A stretch of 64,000 nt of DNA from Phoronis australis (Eukaryota; Animalia; Phoronida). The translations under genes were made by a program, and so were the position numbers. Of this stretch, positions 51,601 to 64,000 are shown in pieces. How positions within the stretch are numbered: position 1 is the stretch's first letter; each line of letters begins with the position of its first letter. The stretch lies in assembly GCA_002633005.1 (NCBI GenBank), contig NMRA01000210.1, forward strand, positions 62,001 to 126,000, in the 5' to 3' direction. The notes beneath the pieces were generated by a model that searched no databases, was not told where the DNA came from, and worked only from the letters and a program-made list of their open reading frames with translations.

Positions 51601-54600
51601 TAGGCGACACTCTCCTAAATTTCCAATCTCAGCTTCCGGTCAGTGTATTGTGACAGGAAATTCTGGCATCTATATAACTGTCCAGTACAACGAAACAAGA
51701 ATTTCGGCATTGAAACGATGTTCAAAGTCTTCCAATAATAGAACTGATGGTATCATAAGTACTTTTGACAATGGTACTACCACAAGACCACACAACAGCC
51801 GACCGTGATCAGCAGACGACATACTTGCCGGAAAGAAATAACGTGATAATTTCTCCAGGTGTCGCTTGCGATTAATGGCGTCACAGATTATGTGTAGGAT
51901 AACAGATTTCGTCCTTTAAAATAATACGGAATTGGCGGTCCATATACTCAGGCTATGCTGCCAGCCATGCCACAATATTCTATACAAAGTGCCAGTATGT
52001 CATCATTATCACTGATAACCACGCTCTGTGGCTGCCTCGTTTACGGAAGCGTTAACCCTGCCGGATTTAGGGTGGGGGACAGAGAGCTAAAGGGGCCATG
52101 CCCCCCTAAAATTCTCCCACATACCATTTGGCAGTTCGGGTGCGAATTGCTGGTAGCATATGCGCGCACCCAGGAGGGCTCTGGGGGCAAATGCATAATG
52201 CATGGCCTTGAACAAACTCCGTTTACCGTTTTTTTTAGTATCAATGTCCACAAACCCAAAAATTCGAGACCCCAGCATCCCTACATTTTAGGCTGGGCGC
52301 GCGCATGTGGCGAAGTAAAAATAAAACAGTTTTACTTTCAAGGACTTTCGACCTGCGTGTTCTTTGTCAACACCTGATATCCATTGTGTTTATTTATTAT
52401 ATCTTTAGACGTTACAGATTTTTCAACCTACCCATTTGCACGCTTGCTTGCTTCTTCAAAGAATACTCTACAAACGCCTTTGCTGACCTCCTCGTTGTCC
52501 CTCGGCCCAATCACCGTAAGCCTGATTTTTGCCTGAAAATGTTTTATATATGAAATCACCATATATGGAGCAAAAGCTATGCTGGTCATGTTAGGAGCAG
52601 TTCTGAAAAAAGAGGGGGCCATACCCCCCGAGCTCCCTTGTGGTGCACTGTTCCTAACCCATGGGTGCGTAGCACGGAAAAAAGTGGGGAGGGCTATAGT
52701 AGCACACCCTTGACAAAGAGCGCATCGTTCGGAACGTGGGGATATTTAACCATATTTTAGCACCAACGCTCGTCGCTTTAGTCTCACTAGTTTTACTGCA
52801 TTGTACATGTGTAAACTGAATAGTGCATGTGTTGAAACTAATGATATCGCTCCTGACGAAGCACGGTATTAACAAAACTCTTTCACAAGGTCAATTCTGG
52901 GAGAACATTGTGTGTGGGCAATAGGTATACCTTGGCTTGAAAGTATGTCGTAAACAAATGGTACAGGAATGACTTGGAAATATGATGAATCGTTAAATCT
53001 TTTGATGACAAATTTGTTCTACCCAAACATTGCCATCGTGCTTGTATTCATTGTTTGACGTGATGTCCTTGATTAGTTTTTTTCCGGCTCTCATGCCAAA
53101 CGGCTTCATGGTCACACAACTTCAGAAACCGATACAATGAGAATTTTACTTTAAATACGAAACTTACTTTTTCAACAAATATCCCATAGATTACGTCATA
53201 TTCTTTAGCCATAGGAGCCTGGAAGGAGAAAAGTTAATTGATTTAGTAGTACCTTTACCACTCCAATCAAAAACAACTGGTCCTTTTACAACGTACATGT
53301 ACCTTGTATTTCTGAGTCTTTTATAGGTCCCACTAGTTTTGCGTTTGAATGCTTATACATTGTTGTATATTACTCTATTGTTGTGTAAAAAATAAAATAT
53401 TTACCACAACGATGACAAGGCCAATGTACGCAGCAGCAAAAAACAGGTATAACCAATCGGAGTTTGTCACGCCTGCAAGACATATGACGTCACCTTTCTG
53501 AAGACCAATGGAAAGGAACCCTTTCGCGTAGCTGCGAGCCTGAAAGACACGAAATGTATAATCGTACATACATTAGGACTGCATCTGTAGCTGATACAGA
53601 ACACATGCACTTAAAGAGGCCTGGAACATGAAAAACAGACTAAATTGCATTATTTATAGTGGCTCTCAGCCACTGAATCAGAATTCAACCTGCTGTGTTG
53701 ACGTCAAAGCATTTTTCTTCTAGTTTCTAATTTCCAAAATAACGACCTGTCAACTGCTCGCCACTTCGCCGACTTTTCTCCCCATAGGCAAACCTGTTTC
53801 CTTATATGGTATGGGAAGAAATAGACCTAACTCATTTCCCTCTGATGGAAAGCGCGTCAAAACTTATGTTGCAAACAAAACAGAGCCTACTTCAAGCAGC
53901 AGCCTTTTCGATTAAGAGACAATTGTTGTGACATTAGTTATAAAGGTATCTTAGTATTCAAATGCAACTCGTCAGTCATCTGTTAATCGAATGACGGTGA
54001 GCGCACGCGGATTTATCCTAAGTTGGAGGGCGATTAAAAATTCTGTGGTGACTGCAGCTTTTCCTTAGAGCGTGAAATGTTTCAAAAACTGTTTGCTGTG
54101 TGATTTTTTTAGAAATTGCTTCATAGGGCAAAATGAATAACTCTGTAGTAGACGTTGCGAGGTGGTACTTTCCTCAGGAATTGTTTAAAAGAAGCACTGT
54201 CGCGTCCCATGCTGGGGAAAGTGACATAATATTTAGTACACTACAGTGTGGGGAGATGGTATATATCCAAAACAGCATACAGTCCATTTCGCCATTTGCA
54301 ATGCATAAGTATTCAGTAAGAGAGAAGACATTGGTCCCACTAATTTTTAATCTACATGTACATGTTCAGCCAAATCATTATCCGAGAATGTTGAAAGGTA
54401 TCGCCATGCAGCATGCAATGTGACCTTATTTACGGATAGAGAGATTGAAGATTTATACGCACAAAGGATTGTGGGATAACCGTCATCCCCGTCGCCAACG
54501 GTCGCCAGCAGAAATAAATATAATACACTTGGAATCAACCGACATGGCACAAACCGCAGTCTTGGATTTGCCCTTGCTCGTTAAGCAGATCCGATTTACG

Positions 54601-57600
54601 TGCCATTTGAATTTTTGTAAATACCGGTTTATATTTCGTTAGCTTAATATTGGATGTCAGAAAAATATCCAAATTTTGACCATCTTCGGAGCGTATTAAT
54701 ATGAAACTTTCACAAACAATGCTTAAATGTATGCACTCTTCTCCAAAACGATATTAAAAGAGCCGTTTTCAACATGAGTCACTTTTGCATGGGGGTTAAC
54801 ATAAACAACATTATAAAATCACGAAACGAAAAACAGAATGATCATTAAGAAAACTGTAACAGCGTTTATGTGATTTCGTTTGCATTTAAAAATATCCTAT
54901 TTATAGCCGGGTAGTTTTGTGATCAATGTACCTGTCATTTTCTAAGATTTTATTGAAAAGATATGTCCTCGTGACCCAATTAATATCAGGGTTGTGAAAA
55001 GTATTTTATTTGGATGCCCATCGTGTTTCTTATGAATAAAAAACCAGCGGTCATCGACTTAGTTTTGAGTTTAAACCGCATTACATAAGACTGCACACTT
55101 TGACCATCACGAAGTTTGTAAATAAACTCATTTCTTCAGAACATTAAGTTAGTTCTATCCTGATACACGCAGTGTGTGTTACCGTAAACACACTGTGGAA
55201 CACATTTTTACGATTATCATGTTTTTACAAAAAGTGGACTCTGAAAGATAATAATATTTATGACAAAGAGACAAATGAACAACTGTTCATGGCGGGAATA
55301 TTCAAAAAGTGGGATAGTCCACAAAGAGCGGGACAATTGGCAAGTATGAAGTAAGCTGTCAGCAAAACAACGTATTGGATTGAGGTAAACTTTTCATTTT
55401 TTAATTTCACGGGTTACTACAGATAACATTCGTTGCGCAAATGAATTATTATACGAAACTATTGCAAACAGTAATAATTTATGCAAGCACCCCCCAGACA
55501 CACACTTCGCTGCGCAATGAGGAGTAGTTGTTCGAATCTGCCATATAAACACAAATGGTAGTAGGGCTAATCTTTTCATTTGCAATTGCTGAACACACAC
55601 TCTGAATCCAAATGTTAATCCTTTCCCTACACATGCGCGCACTCAGCCTTCAATATGGGTGGCTCGAATTGCTGACTTTGTTGACCTTTTGTTAGCAAAA
55701 AGCGGGTGGACTAAAGAAAACGGGGGCACCACCGTGAACTGCGCGTTTGTGCTTATTTGGTGGACTTTTGTATCATTTTCTCGGACTTTTTTCTCAGAGA
55801 CGGACCCTTTTGCCCTTTTTGCCAGATTNTGCGCGCATGCTACATTACAGGAAACTAGTTTTAACAACCAGAAACTTCTGGCATGTAATTTGATAGTTTA
55901 TCGAAAGTGGTTCTAAGACTGGAGATGAAAATATATCAGAGCCTATACTGTTTCTGGAATGAGGCCAGGGCCACGAGCCGGTGCGTATTAAAAATGACCA
56001 ATATAATTCACGGGTTTATTGACAAATGTTACCGGAATCCGCTGGTTGTATAGAACCGTAGCTCAGGAGTCTCGCTTGATGAGCCAAATTGTCAAAATAA
56101 ATACGAAGCAACGAAATTAGGCTTGGTTTGATAAATACCACTCTTCAAATCTCGGTCGATCAGACAACTGGAAATTCACAGTGCTAACTCTCACGGTCAG
56201 TCTCGGGGTAGCAATATACTCATTACGGGCGTGAGTTGGCATACCAGGGCTAGAGTACAAAAATAGTTCCAGGTGATCAATGCAATGGCCCCACCTAAGA
56301 TGCGTGCGCACCTCTGGCACAACGTGTACCAGGTCGCCTGCAATTATTTTTATATGCATGACACCTGCATACATGTACATGATTGTGTTTAGTGGGTATA
56401 GGTCCGTTCCCGGAATGAGCTGCATCATGATGGTGTATTTGTGGTCATGCCAATACATTATTTGCTAAAACATCTATTGGTTATACAGTAAATTTTCAAG
56501 TTAGAAAAAATTTCTTATCAAGAAAGGGAAATATTTCTTACACTAGCTTCTGAATGGCTGGTCGAATTCTCAGCAGGTAGCGCTTTAGGCTACGCAAAAT
56601 AACTGGATTGGCTGATGGAGGAAGTGTAAATGCTGTCTGTTAGTACAGACAAACCGATGCTTAATTCATGTTCAAGAAATGTGAATCTCAGAAAATTGTG
56701 CTCGCGCATTTTCGGAGTGCATTTTTCTACCGTCGCTGACTTTTGTTTACGTTGCTCTCCTGTATTCACACAGTATGAATAACACACTGTGGGTGTATTG
56801 TAATTGTATGTTCTCCAAGCACACGGCTAATAAACATTACAGGAAGAAACGAAATAGTTGCTGTTACGCTTCTGACAAGGCTAAAAATCATTCATAGTCG
56901 GCCAATGTCTTCCTTCGTTATAAAGCTAACCAATGACTGCCGAGGTTACATGTATATTAACCAGTGATAAAGCGTGTGACACTGAATGATACCTGCGTGT
57001 TATCTACACTCAGGTAACCAGCGAGCTCTCTAACAGTGCCTGACAGAGAATCGAGCACAAAGGTCAATGTACCTTTTCCCGTATCTGCTTGTACGTTAAC
57101 CTGTCCGAAGTGTCACATAGGATGAAGGCCTCGTGGTCAGGACACTCGTCACAAGCTTCGTCCAAAAGTTGTCCTAATGTCGCGTATAGCAGAGTCTTGT
57201 GACTCGTGGCATGAATGTAGCTACGTGTTAACGGCGCAGATGGTAATATAGTGTCGCTGAAAAACGAAATAAAAACACGGACTACATTGAACGTGTAATA
57301 CAATCGAACGTTTGAGTTCGGAAATATTTTACACACTAATTTGGAGCTCAAGGATTCCATGATGGTGTGCTAGAATATTTTAAAATTGAGTTATGTGGAT
57401 GATAGAGCGATCTGCCGCAGCCCTGAACGACGCCAGAACTAACTTGACTTTGACCCGCTGAACTCGAACAAGTTTAATTTGGATAAAGGGTAAACTTAGA
57501 TTAGGAACCCGTTTTTGAAAACAATAACATATGATTCTCCAGCATACTGAGTCATATCAATATTTATGTGGAGCTTGAGCAAAACGGATCATGTGAAATA

Positions 57601-58452
57601 AAGTAATTTCGAGTTAATGTTCCAGTTCCGAGTCAGAGATGTTCTGACTGGAGGTCCCAGTGAGGTCTAATTTTGCACTCGAAATCAAACTTTTTTCTGA
57701 CATTTTCGCAATCGATTACCCATGGATTAAAGCTTTGAACTCAATCCAATAAAAACGAAAGATTTTGACAAAAACTCGAGATCCGGTTTAAATTTGAGCT
57801 AATGACTTCATTGCTGGGATCACCAAGTGTAACCATAGATTAAGTGCTCATCTATGGTGTAACTTAGGATTAAACATCCACCTGGACCAAAGAGTACTCA
57901 AGCGCAGGTTGACAGGCACATGCGTTGTCCCAGGTTCTTTCCCAGTCAAACTCACAAATTAGCCCAGTCGAACAGACCACCATCCCGTCATTGATACGTG
58001 AATCAATCTCACATCCGACTTGGTGAAAACGAGAAACGTCACTCATGTGCTCCAGTTCGTGACAACTGGCCGAAAATCCGTTGGCGAAAAGCACATAAAA
58101 TTCAAGTTAAGATCCCCGTGTAGATATTGAGGACTTCACAATAGTCTCTAAAATAACACAATAACTGCTGAAATCACACAAAAACCTCTTTAGGTCTTCA
58201 ACTGCTTGTGGCGCTTCAATTACATAAAATCTACAGGTCAATTCCCTGCCCCATGAGTTGATAGCGTAAAATCTCAATGTTTACAAATAGCTGCGATACG
58301 TGAGCAATGGTCGAGACATATGATCTGTCTGTCCATAGGCCTTACTTATTTACAGACGGGTTCCGAGTCTAGGACATGATTTTACGCGCGTGGCACGTTA
58401 AGTTGAGAGGTTTTACAACTCACCCTATTATCTTCTGCTGTCCTGACTGCAT
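42650..58452 (-). CDS. Gene C: complete ACSF2-like acyl-CoA synthetase / AMP-binding (ANL) enzyme, 18 coding exons, ~586 aa, convergent with gene B
   Basis: complement join(58452-58424,57256-57073,53539-53405,52972-52931,52532-52432,50942-50877,50535-50418,50021-49914,49284-49109,48799-48708,47709-47639,47377-47270,45698-45553,44660-44513,43719-43667,43284-43227,43063-42989,42700-42650). Exon phases match gene B and most lengths are identical. Motifs: LLPTSGSTGLSK, YGGTE, PGEILCKG, WYKTGD, GRTDD, VVGVPD, FPRVGIRNK. There is an in-frame stop 15 nt upstream of the ATG. The exon 4 acceptor is the least certain boundary. Confidence 0.92.
55632..55839. mobile_element. CATGCGCGCA-ended MITE; relatives at ~22550-22788, ~28518-28727, ~34810-34934, ~52159-52307
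   Basis: TIR catgcgcgca / tgcgcgcatg with a perfect 5-bp TSD ctaca. Confidence 0.78.
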
Positions 58453-58691
58453 GGTTGCGAATCGTCAGGAATAAGAACTACTGCCTCGTATTTCACTCTT
58501 ATCTATAGAACTGGGCATATCTTTATTAACCGAGACCCTTAACCTGCAAATATTTACAAAACTACCTCGGATTAAAGCAGCAAATTTGGCACACTGATTT
58601 TTTCACAAGCTATATCTTATGGTGGTAGTTATGTGCATAGAAAGAAATAAACTATTGTTTAAAGGGGAATGAAACGCGAAAACCCCAGTTA

Positions 58692-59045
58692 ATCCCAGTA
58701 AACATGCAGGTTATGGGGGCAATAACACTGTACTGGCTTGGGCATTTGCTAAATACTGAAGTTGAGGACTGGCCCAATAACATTATGCACGCCCACTTGG
58801 TACTGGGCCCGTACAGGATTGCTTTACCGGACCAATAAAGGACCAGTTGATGGCCATTACTGGGTTACTACTGTACAACCGGTTTCGGTCCCATAAAGGG
58901 CCAGTGTTGACACCCCGTGGACCTATAATTAAGTCGGTATACTAATTCTATTGGTGAACGTACAGTGGTGGGCCATTACAGTGCCAATATTGGGCCATTG
59001 ATGTTGGTTTTACAGGTCCAGTGCAGGGATGTTACTGTTATGGGT
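58692..59045. repeat. MITE-like element with internal degenerate actggg(c)cc repeats
   Basis: Starts cccagtaaac and ends atggg, with many tactggg / ggccc / ccagt units. Confidence 0.5.
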
Positions 59046-59645
59046 GTAATGAAACAATAGGTTTGTTTTTTTACAATGCTTCAGGTTTTTAACTCCTGCA
59101 ACTGTGTGCTTTGTTGGTCATTTCAATCATACTGGATGAGCAGTTGTGACTTACAAGAAGAAAAATCATTTGTTCTTTGATAATTTTATTAATATGAAAC
59201 AAAGTAAGGTAGAATAGTTACTAAATGAGTAAATAAAAACTAAGATAAAATATCTGCATTTGAACTAAGCAACTAATAACCAACAACTTTTTACAAAGGC
59301 GTCTCAGGCTCGTAATTGGCCGGATTGGGCGGCAACTTCGGCGGCTTCACGCAGTCTTCGTCCACCCAGCCAGTCTGCTCGAAGAAAAAGTTTCATAACC
59401 GGAGTATTTGTTCGAGTTGGAAGGACTTAAACACATCGACAACCTCCTACGGTGTTCCTCTATATGCGCAAAAGGTATTTATAACAACGCGACTTTGATG
59501 GTTTAGTCGGTGCGAGGCATAATTCGCCGAAAAGCTTCCGGCGTACAGAGCGCCTATAGCTTCTGCATCGCCTCTGTTGGCCCGAACCAGAGGCGATGCA
59601 GAGGCTATAGACGCTCTGTTCTGGTTCGGGCCAACAGAGGCGATG

Positions 59646-62600
59646 GTCATTGCCTAGAAGGATCCTAGAGGGTATGTCCTTGGATACCATAATCGCAGCC
59701 CTGGGCTTAAAGGAGAATGCCACCGGATTTAATTAGTCTTTTTTGCCGTCTTATCGGTCTATATCCACATCGCCTCGCATACGGTCGACTTTACCTTGCC
59801 AATAGAAGTCGCGTTAATCTGTGAGGAAGGTGACAAACGACGCTAGCGATGTCAGTGGTTCATATGCAGAGTGAATGCCGCTATGTTGCGGTGCATCGTT
59901 CCCGCTTGTCCGAACTAAGCAGCTGCGAGGAAAGCGGTTATATCGTTTTTTTACTTCCTAGAAAGTCCGAAATGCTTAGGAAGTGGCTCATGGTCGTTAA
60001 GAATGAAATGTACGCTGTAAATAGCAAGTATGCGGCCGTGAAACATCTCCGTGTCTGTCCTGCAGACGTCGACATTGCCTGACGAATGCCGGCTTATCAA
60101 ATAACTCCATACGTTCCGTTGTCTGAGCTTGTTCACGGCGCCTCTCTGGTATTTCTTCATCACTGTACTCCTGTTCGAATTGATAGCCTGCAAAACTTAA
60201 CGATCCACCTGCGAAGCCGGGACTGATGAGCTCTAGCTCGTCCTAAGTCGGGATTGCTAGTTGCCATGTTTTGACGTTTACTACTTATATAAAACCGAAA
60301 CAAAGTCTGTTTCAATAGATGCAATTTGTAATGCCTTTGGAGTGTTCGTGAGTGCAAATGATTTGAGAAGCCAGCAATGAATAAATCACTGCGTTACCGG
60401 CTTTAGGTGCAATAAAACTAATTGACGGGACACCGAGGCCTTGTGAGCTCATGCTAATTTAGTGTTTGCTGGCAGAAACTGTTGTGAAACAACTCGATTA
60501 CCATCCCACGGCCAGGTGTTAGGGGAATCTTTATTTCCTTTTACATTACTTAAATAATGATTTTCAAAGTACATGTTCTGCCCTCTGACGGTGCTGTGGC
60601 CAAAGTGGAACCTGAATTCACGGCCCCCGACGAGTAAGTAGATTTGCAGTTTCGTGGCTAATTCACCAACATAATCAGGTGCACATTACTTTGGCTCACT
60701 AGTATAGTATTTTCTTGACTAAAAGTTTAGTTTCCAATGAACTTTGGCTGTTCGTGATCTCTGATTAGTTTCCGAGCCACTGGCCGGGATAACGAGTCGA
60801 TCCGGGCCTGATCGGGCTCCGAGCCACTGGCCAGGATAACAAGCGTTTTGTGTTTAGAAATATAAAATCACAAGTCTAAACAACACAGATCTAGGTTCTC
60901 CTGTCTGTATCTCACGGAAAATACTTCAAAATTATCTCCGAACAGACCCCAAACTCCTGCTACGGACCTTATTGGCCTGCCGAACTTTGTAGGCTTCGGT
61001 GTGTCCAAATGCCAATAAATCCGTAAGAGCGAAATAAAACAACACGTTTTTGTAAGAACTCGGTGTACTTTTAAGGGTTTTACATTGAAGTTTGATGATT
61101 TATTGGTGTTAAACGATGACTTCAAGCGATAAGCTGACACCAGTAACCCGTGTTGTGAACTGCTGAACAAACTACGTGTGAAACCGATGACGTCATTGGA
61201 TAATTAAAATCCTCCGTCTGCCGTCAGGTGTCAGGTAACGCAACCGTACGTGTCGTTATGGAGTAGAACTACTCGATCGAAATTGATACAAATTAGGTTG
61301 TTTTTTGAGTGGCGTGCTCCTTTAATGTTGTTACCCAGTGAAGCACAATAAACTTTGGCATTCCTAGAAGTGTTTATCACCGCGCTTCCCCGACAGCACG
61401 GCTTTTGTACGAAGGCCATGAAAAAGGTATTGCGCTCAAGCGTCTGTTGCAGAAGCACTGATGGGTTGTTGGCAACATGCGGATTAATCTGCCAGATTTT
61501 AACCCCATGATTCATGTCATCATGTTAAATATATGCCAGTTATTAACTACCCTGACTCCACATCACTTGTGAGTGGGGAAGGAGCCATAGAAGGTCGTAG
61601 AGGTTCAGAAGCCTCGGCAAGTTTACTTCATTTGTTCCATCTTTCACTTCCATTTCCATTGTCTTTGAGGTATTCACACATTCAGCCTCTACGCCCGAGG
61701 TTGCCATCCCTTCAGAGGCTTGGACAGAAGCTTTGCCATCATTACTGCTTTTTCCCTGGCTCTGAAAAGCACAATTAAGCCCAGCAAAGCCGCACCAGGA
61801 ACGACAATCCATCCCCCGGAGAGCCTACCAAGTGGACTCCTCAAAGACTAGGACAATAGTAAATCCCTTATAGGGATTTTTTGACGTTGGTTTGATGGCA
61901 GTCACTTACACCACATGAACCTTTGACATGTCCAGGTCACCACTGCGCTCCTTCAGCTCCAGCAAAAGCGCATCCTTATTGGAGGCAACATCCTGTGAGA
62001 CATGACAAAAAGCCTTGAACACAGGAGGTAGATCGCCTCAATCCATTACGTGGTACGCTGACCTGTGAGAGTCGGGACCATCTGGACTAAGTTGCTTACC
62101 AGTCAAGTGTAGCTGAGTTGTCACAGACAATTGCAGTTTGCCCTCTTCAAGTCTCACTAACCTAATATGAAGTGGGTCACTTGATCTCTAGAGCTTGACA
62201 AATGCTATCGGCAGACAGAGCTTGAGACGCTTCGCCTTATCCTTATTCAGTGTGGTGGCTCACCAGCCTTTGTAGCCACAAAGAGATCTCTCTTGGCCAC
62301 GCAACCATAAATGAGCTTATTCACTTCAGACACTTCGGTGGGTGGTTTTGAGGATGTTTCAGGGGTCCAACTGTCAGGCGTGGTGGGCTTAACACCCTAC
62401 TGAACATCGATTTTCAGCCTTTCAATCTTCTTCTGAGTCGTCTGACGACCTTGCTTTGAAGAAGCAGAGACGGTGAGAGCTATCATCGGGCCAAGTTGAA
62501 GTCTTTCCGCTATCATTCGCTCTTCGAGTGTCCGAGGCAGGTTTGGATTTCGCACAGGCAGCCACCATTTCCATTTTCACGAGCTTGGTAATTTCACTGT

Positions 62601-62700
62601 CTACTTTTATTGAAGAGTCCAGCGATTTCCCAAATTAAGTGTCCACTGTAGGGAGTGACCCCACTTGCCTCATAGAAACTCCTATGGAGGAGTCTTTGAT
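59646..62700 (-). mobile_element. 5' part of a LOA/R1-group non-LTR retrotransposon (ORF1 remnant and APE endonuclease start), split by the Kolobok element
   Basis: 61515-61322: VKIWQINPHVANNPSVLLQQ..MAFVQKP (APE QINL.H / QEP pattern), continuing at 59706 as PRAAIMVS. 61560-62640 holds a decayed ORF1-like peptide (IVCDNSATLDW, FTIVLVFEEST..ALRGMDCRSWCGF). The upstream boundary is uncertain and may reach ~63500. Confidence 0.75.
59711..61321 (+). mobile_element. 1.6-kb Kolobok-like DNA transposon with decayed THAP domain
   Basis: TTAA TSD (59707-59710, 61322-61325) and TIR aggagaatgccac / gtggcgtgctcct. 59883-60065 encodes MLRCIVPACPN*, then after a frameshift ..FLLPRKSEMLRKWLMVVK..LRVC (THAP pattern). 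Removing the element restores the host LINE frame (NNI-K-PRAAI). Confidence 0.9.
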
Positions 62701-64000
62701 GTGGACATCCGTAGCCGCAAAGACCATATTCGACTGCCCTGTGCGCTGGTCACCCTGACCACGGTGGGTTATTGGTTTTCGCTGTGGATCCATATAACAA
62801 GTATAGGTTATGATAGATGTCTGCATCCGCATTCAGCCTATCCATAGAGTGGGAACAAGTTCCAGCCAAAAGCTTTCCTGCATCCGCAAACCTCACACTG
62901 GTTTCAATAGCTTCCTATCCTGGTTCCTCCAAGCGAGCATATAACCCTCAACGAAAAGGCTTCCTACAAATGGACTTACAAAGTTCGGTATGTCTAAGTC
63001 CAAGTGCCAGAGCCTCGCACCCTCCCAGGACTAATTGTGCGAGGTCTTGTCCTCTTGCGCTGCAGACGCTACACCACGGTTTGCCCAAGCTTTCTTGATA
63101 CGCAAAATTCTGCTTTGTCTACCACCAGAAGCAACTGGCTTAAGACTCACGAACCAAGGTATTAGTTCTCAAGGGTTCCCGTATCACTTGGCCGGAGACA
63201 AGGCGGAGTCAATCGTAAGCGAAGAAGTCAATTCTGCTGACAAGGCGCCCAAACGGGGTGATTGGGCTAGAGAGGCCTCCCACTGGTCACTGGTCAATCT
63301 CCTGAAAACAGCTAGAATGCTTCCAACGGGGCTTTTGGCATCTCATATCGTTCCAAGACAACAGCGCCTGTTAAAGACAACAAACTCCTTCCCGAACCCG
63401 CCGATTTCGCAAGGCATTGCACGAGTCTTGTTGTGGGAGAAGCTCCATGTAATTATTGATAGTCGAAACTGAACAGCGGCGGAAGCTGAAAGCAGAGCAC
63501 TAAGCAGAGATAGGTAGTACTCTTAGCTACAATACCACATTAGACGCAAAGCACCACAACCTGTGGTCGGAACCACCAACATATACGTCACTCACTACGC
63601 TACGTAATCACACAAGTTGGACTTTAAAATTGGTGGTTTTATCAGAATTTTCTACTCAAATGTGCATGGAACTCTACGAAATCAGCATCAGACAAGTCTT
63701 TGAACACCTTCTTTCACTTTGTCACATTAAATTGGGTTCGAGTGGTGATTTGAAAACAAAAATGTCGGAATAATACCAAAGTCACAAATTCAAGGTTATT
63801 TTGTGACTTTCATGGAGACAACATTTGTACACATCCAGATTTTTCATAGACGCTTCCGAAGCAATTCCGAATCTCTGTTTTATCCCGCTCACGAATGTCA
63901 CTTGCGTGTCCTCAGTCAGTTTGAATGTTTTTAAACTATGGCTTTTTAAAACAGAGTAACTTCATAACTTAGTTTACGAAGCAGCCACATGCTTTGCATA

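Noticed and set aside
55900-58100. ORFs at 56117-56458 and 57870-58094 as nested genes
   Set aside because: No recognisable motifs or convincing splice structure; probably intronic noise or old repeats.
12291-58452. Calling these genes luciferases or true ACSF2 orthologs
   Set aside because: Shared ANL motifs do not specify function. There is no PTS1 and no luciferase-specific evidence, and the A4/A8 motifs differ from ACSF2, so no gene symbol was assigned.

Overview
Eukaryotic, intron-rich, AT-rich invertebrate-type genomic DNA with two assembly gaps (24257-24922, 32943-32983); the species cannot be determined from the window. The ORF track is mostly uninformative because the real genes are spliced. 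Manual exon assembly shows a tandem and convergent cluster of divergent ANL-superfamily adenylate-forming enzymes, closest in layout to acyl-CoA synthetase ACSF2. Gene A (+) shows only its last 4 exons (3597-5584). Gene B (+) is complete with 18 coding exons (12291-42012, ~589 aa). Gene C (-) is complete with 18 coding exons (58452-42650, ~586 aa). A two-exon pseudogenic tail of C lies at 6384-8650. Bases 1-8700 duplicate ~37326-43110, and exons 5-7 of gene B are present twice. Both complete enzymes keep the adenylation motifs but have remodelled A4 and A8 motifs and no obvious targeting peptide, suggesting a lineage-specific activity (inference). Introns contain Kolobok-like TTAA transposons (one with a THAP remnant), P-like THAP MITEs, CATG-ended MITEs, Penelope and LOA/R1 retroelement fragments, a solo LTR-like element carrying a tRNA-like sequence, and many apparent Tc1/mariner excision footprints.
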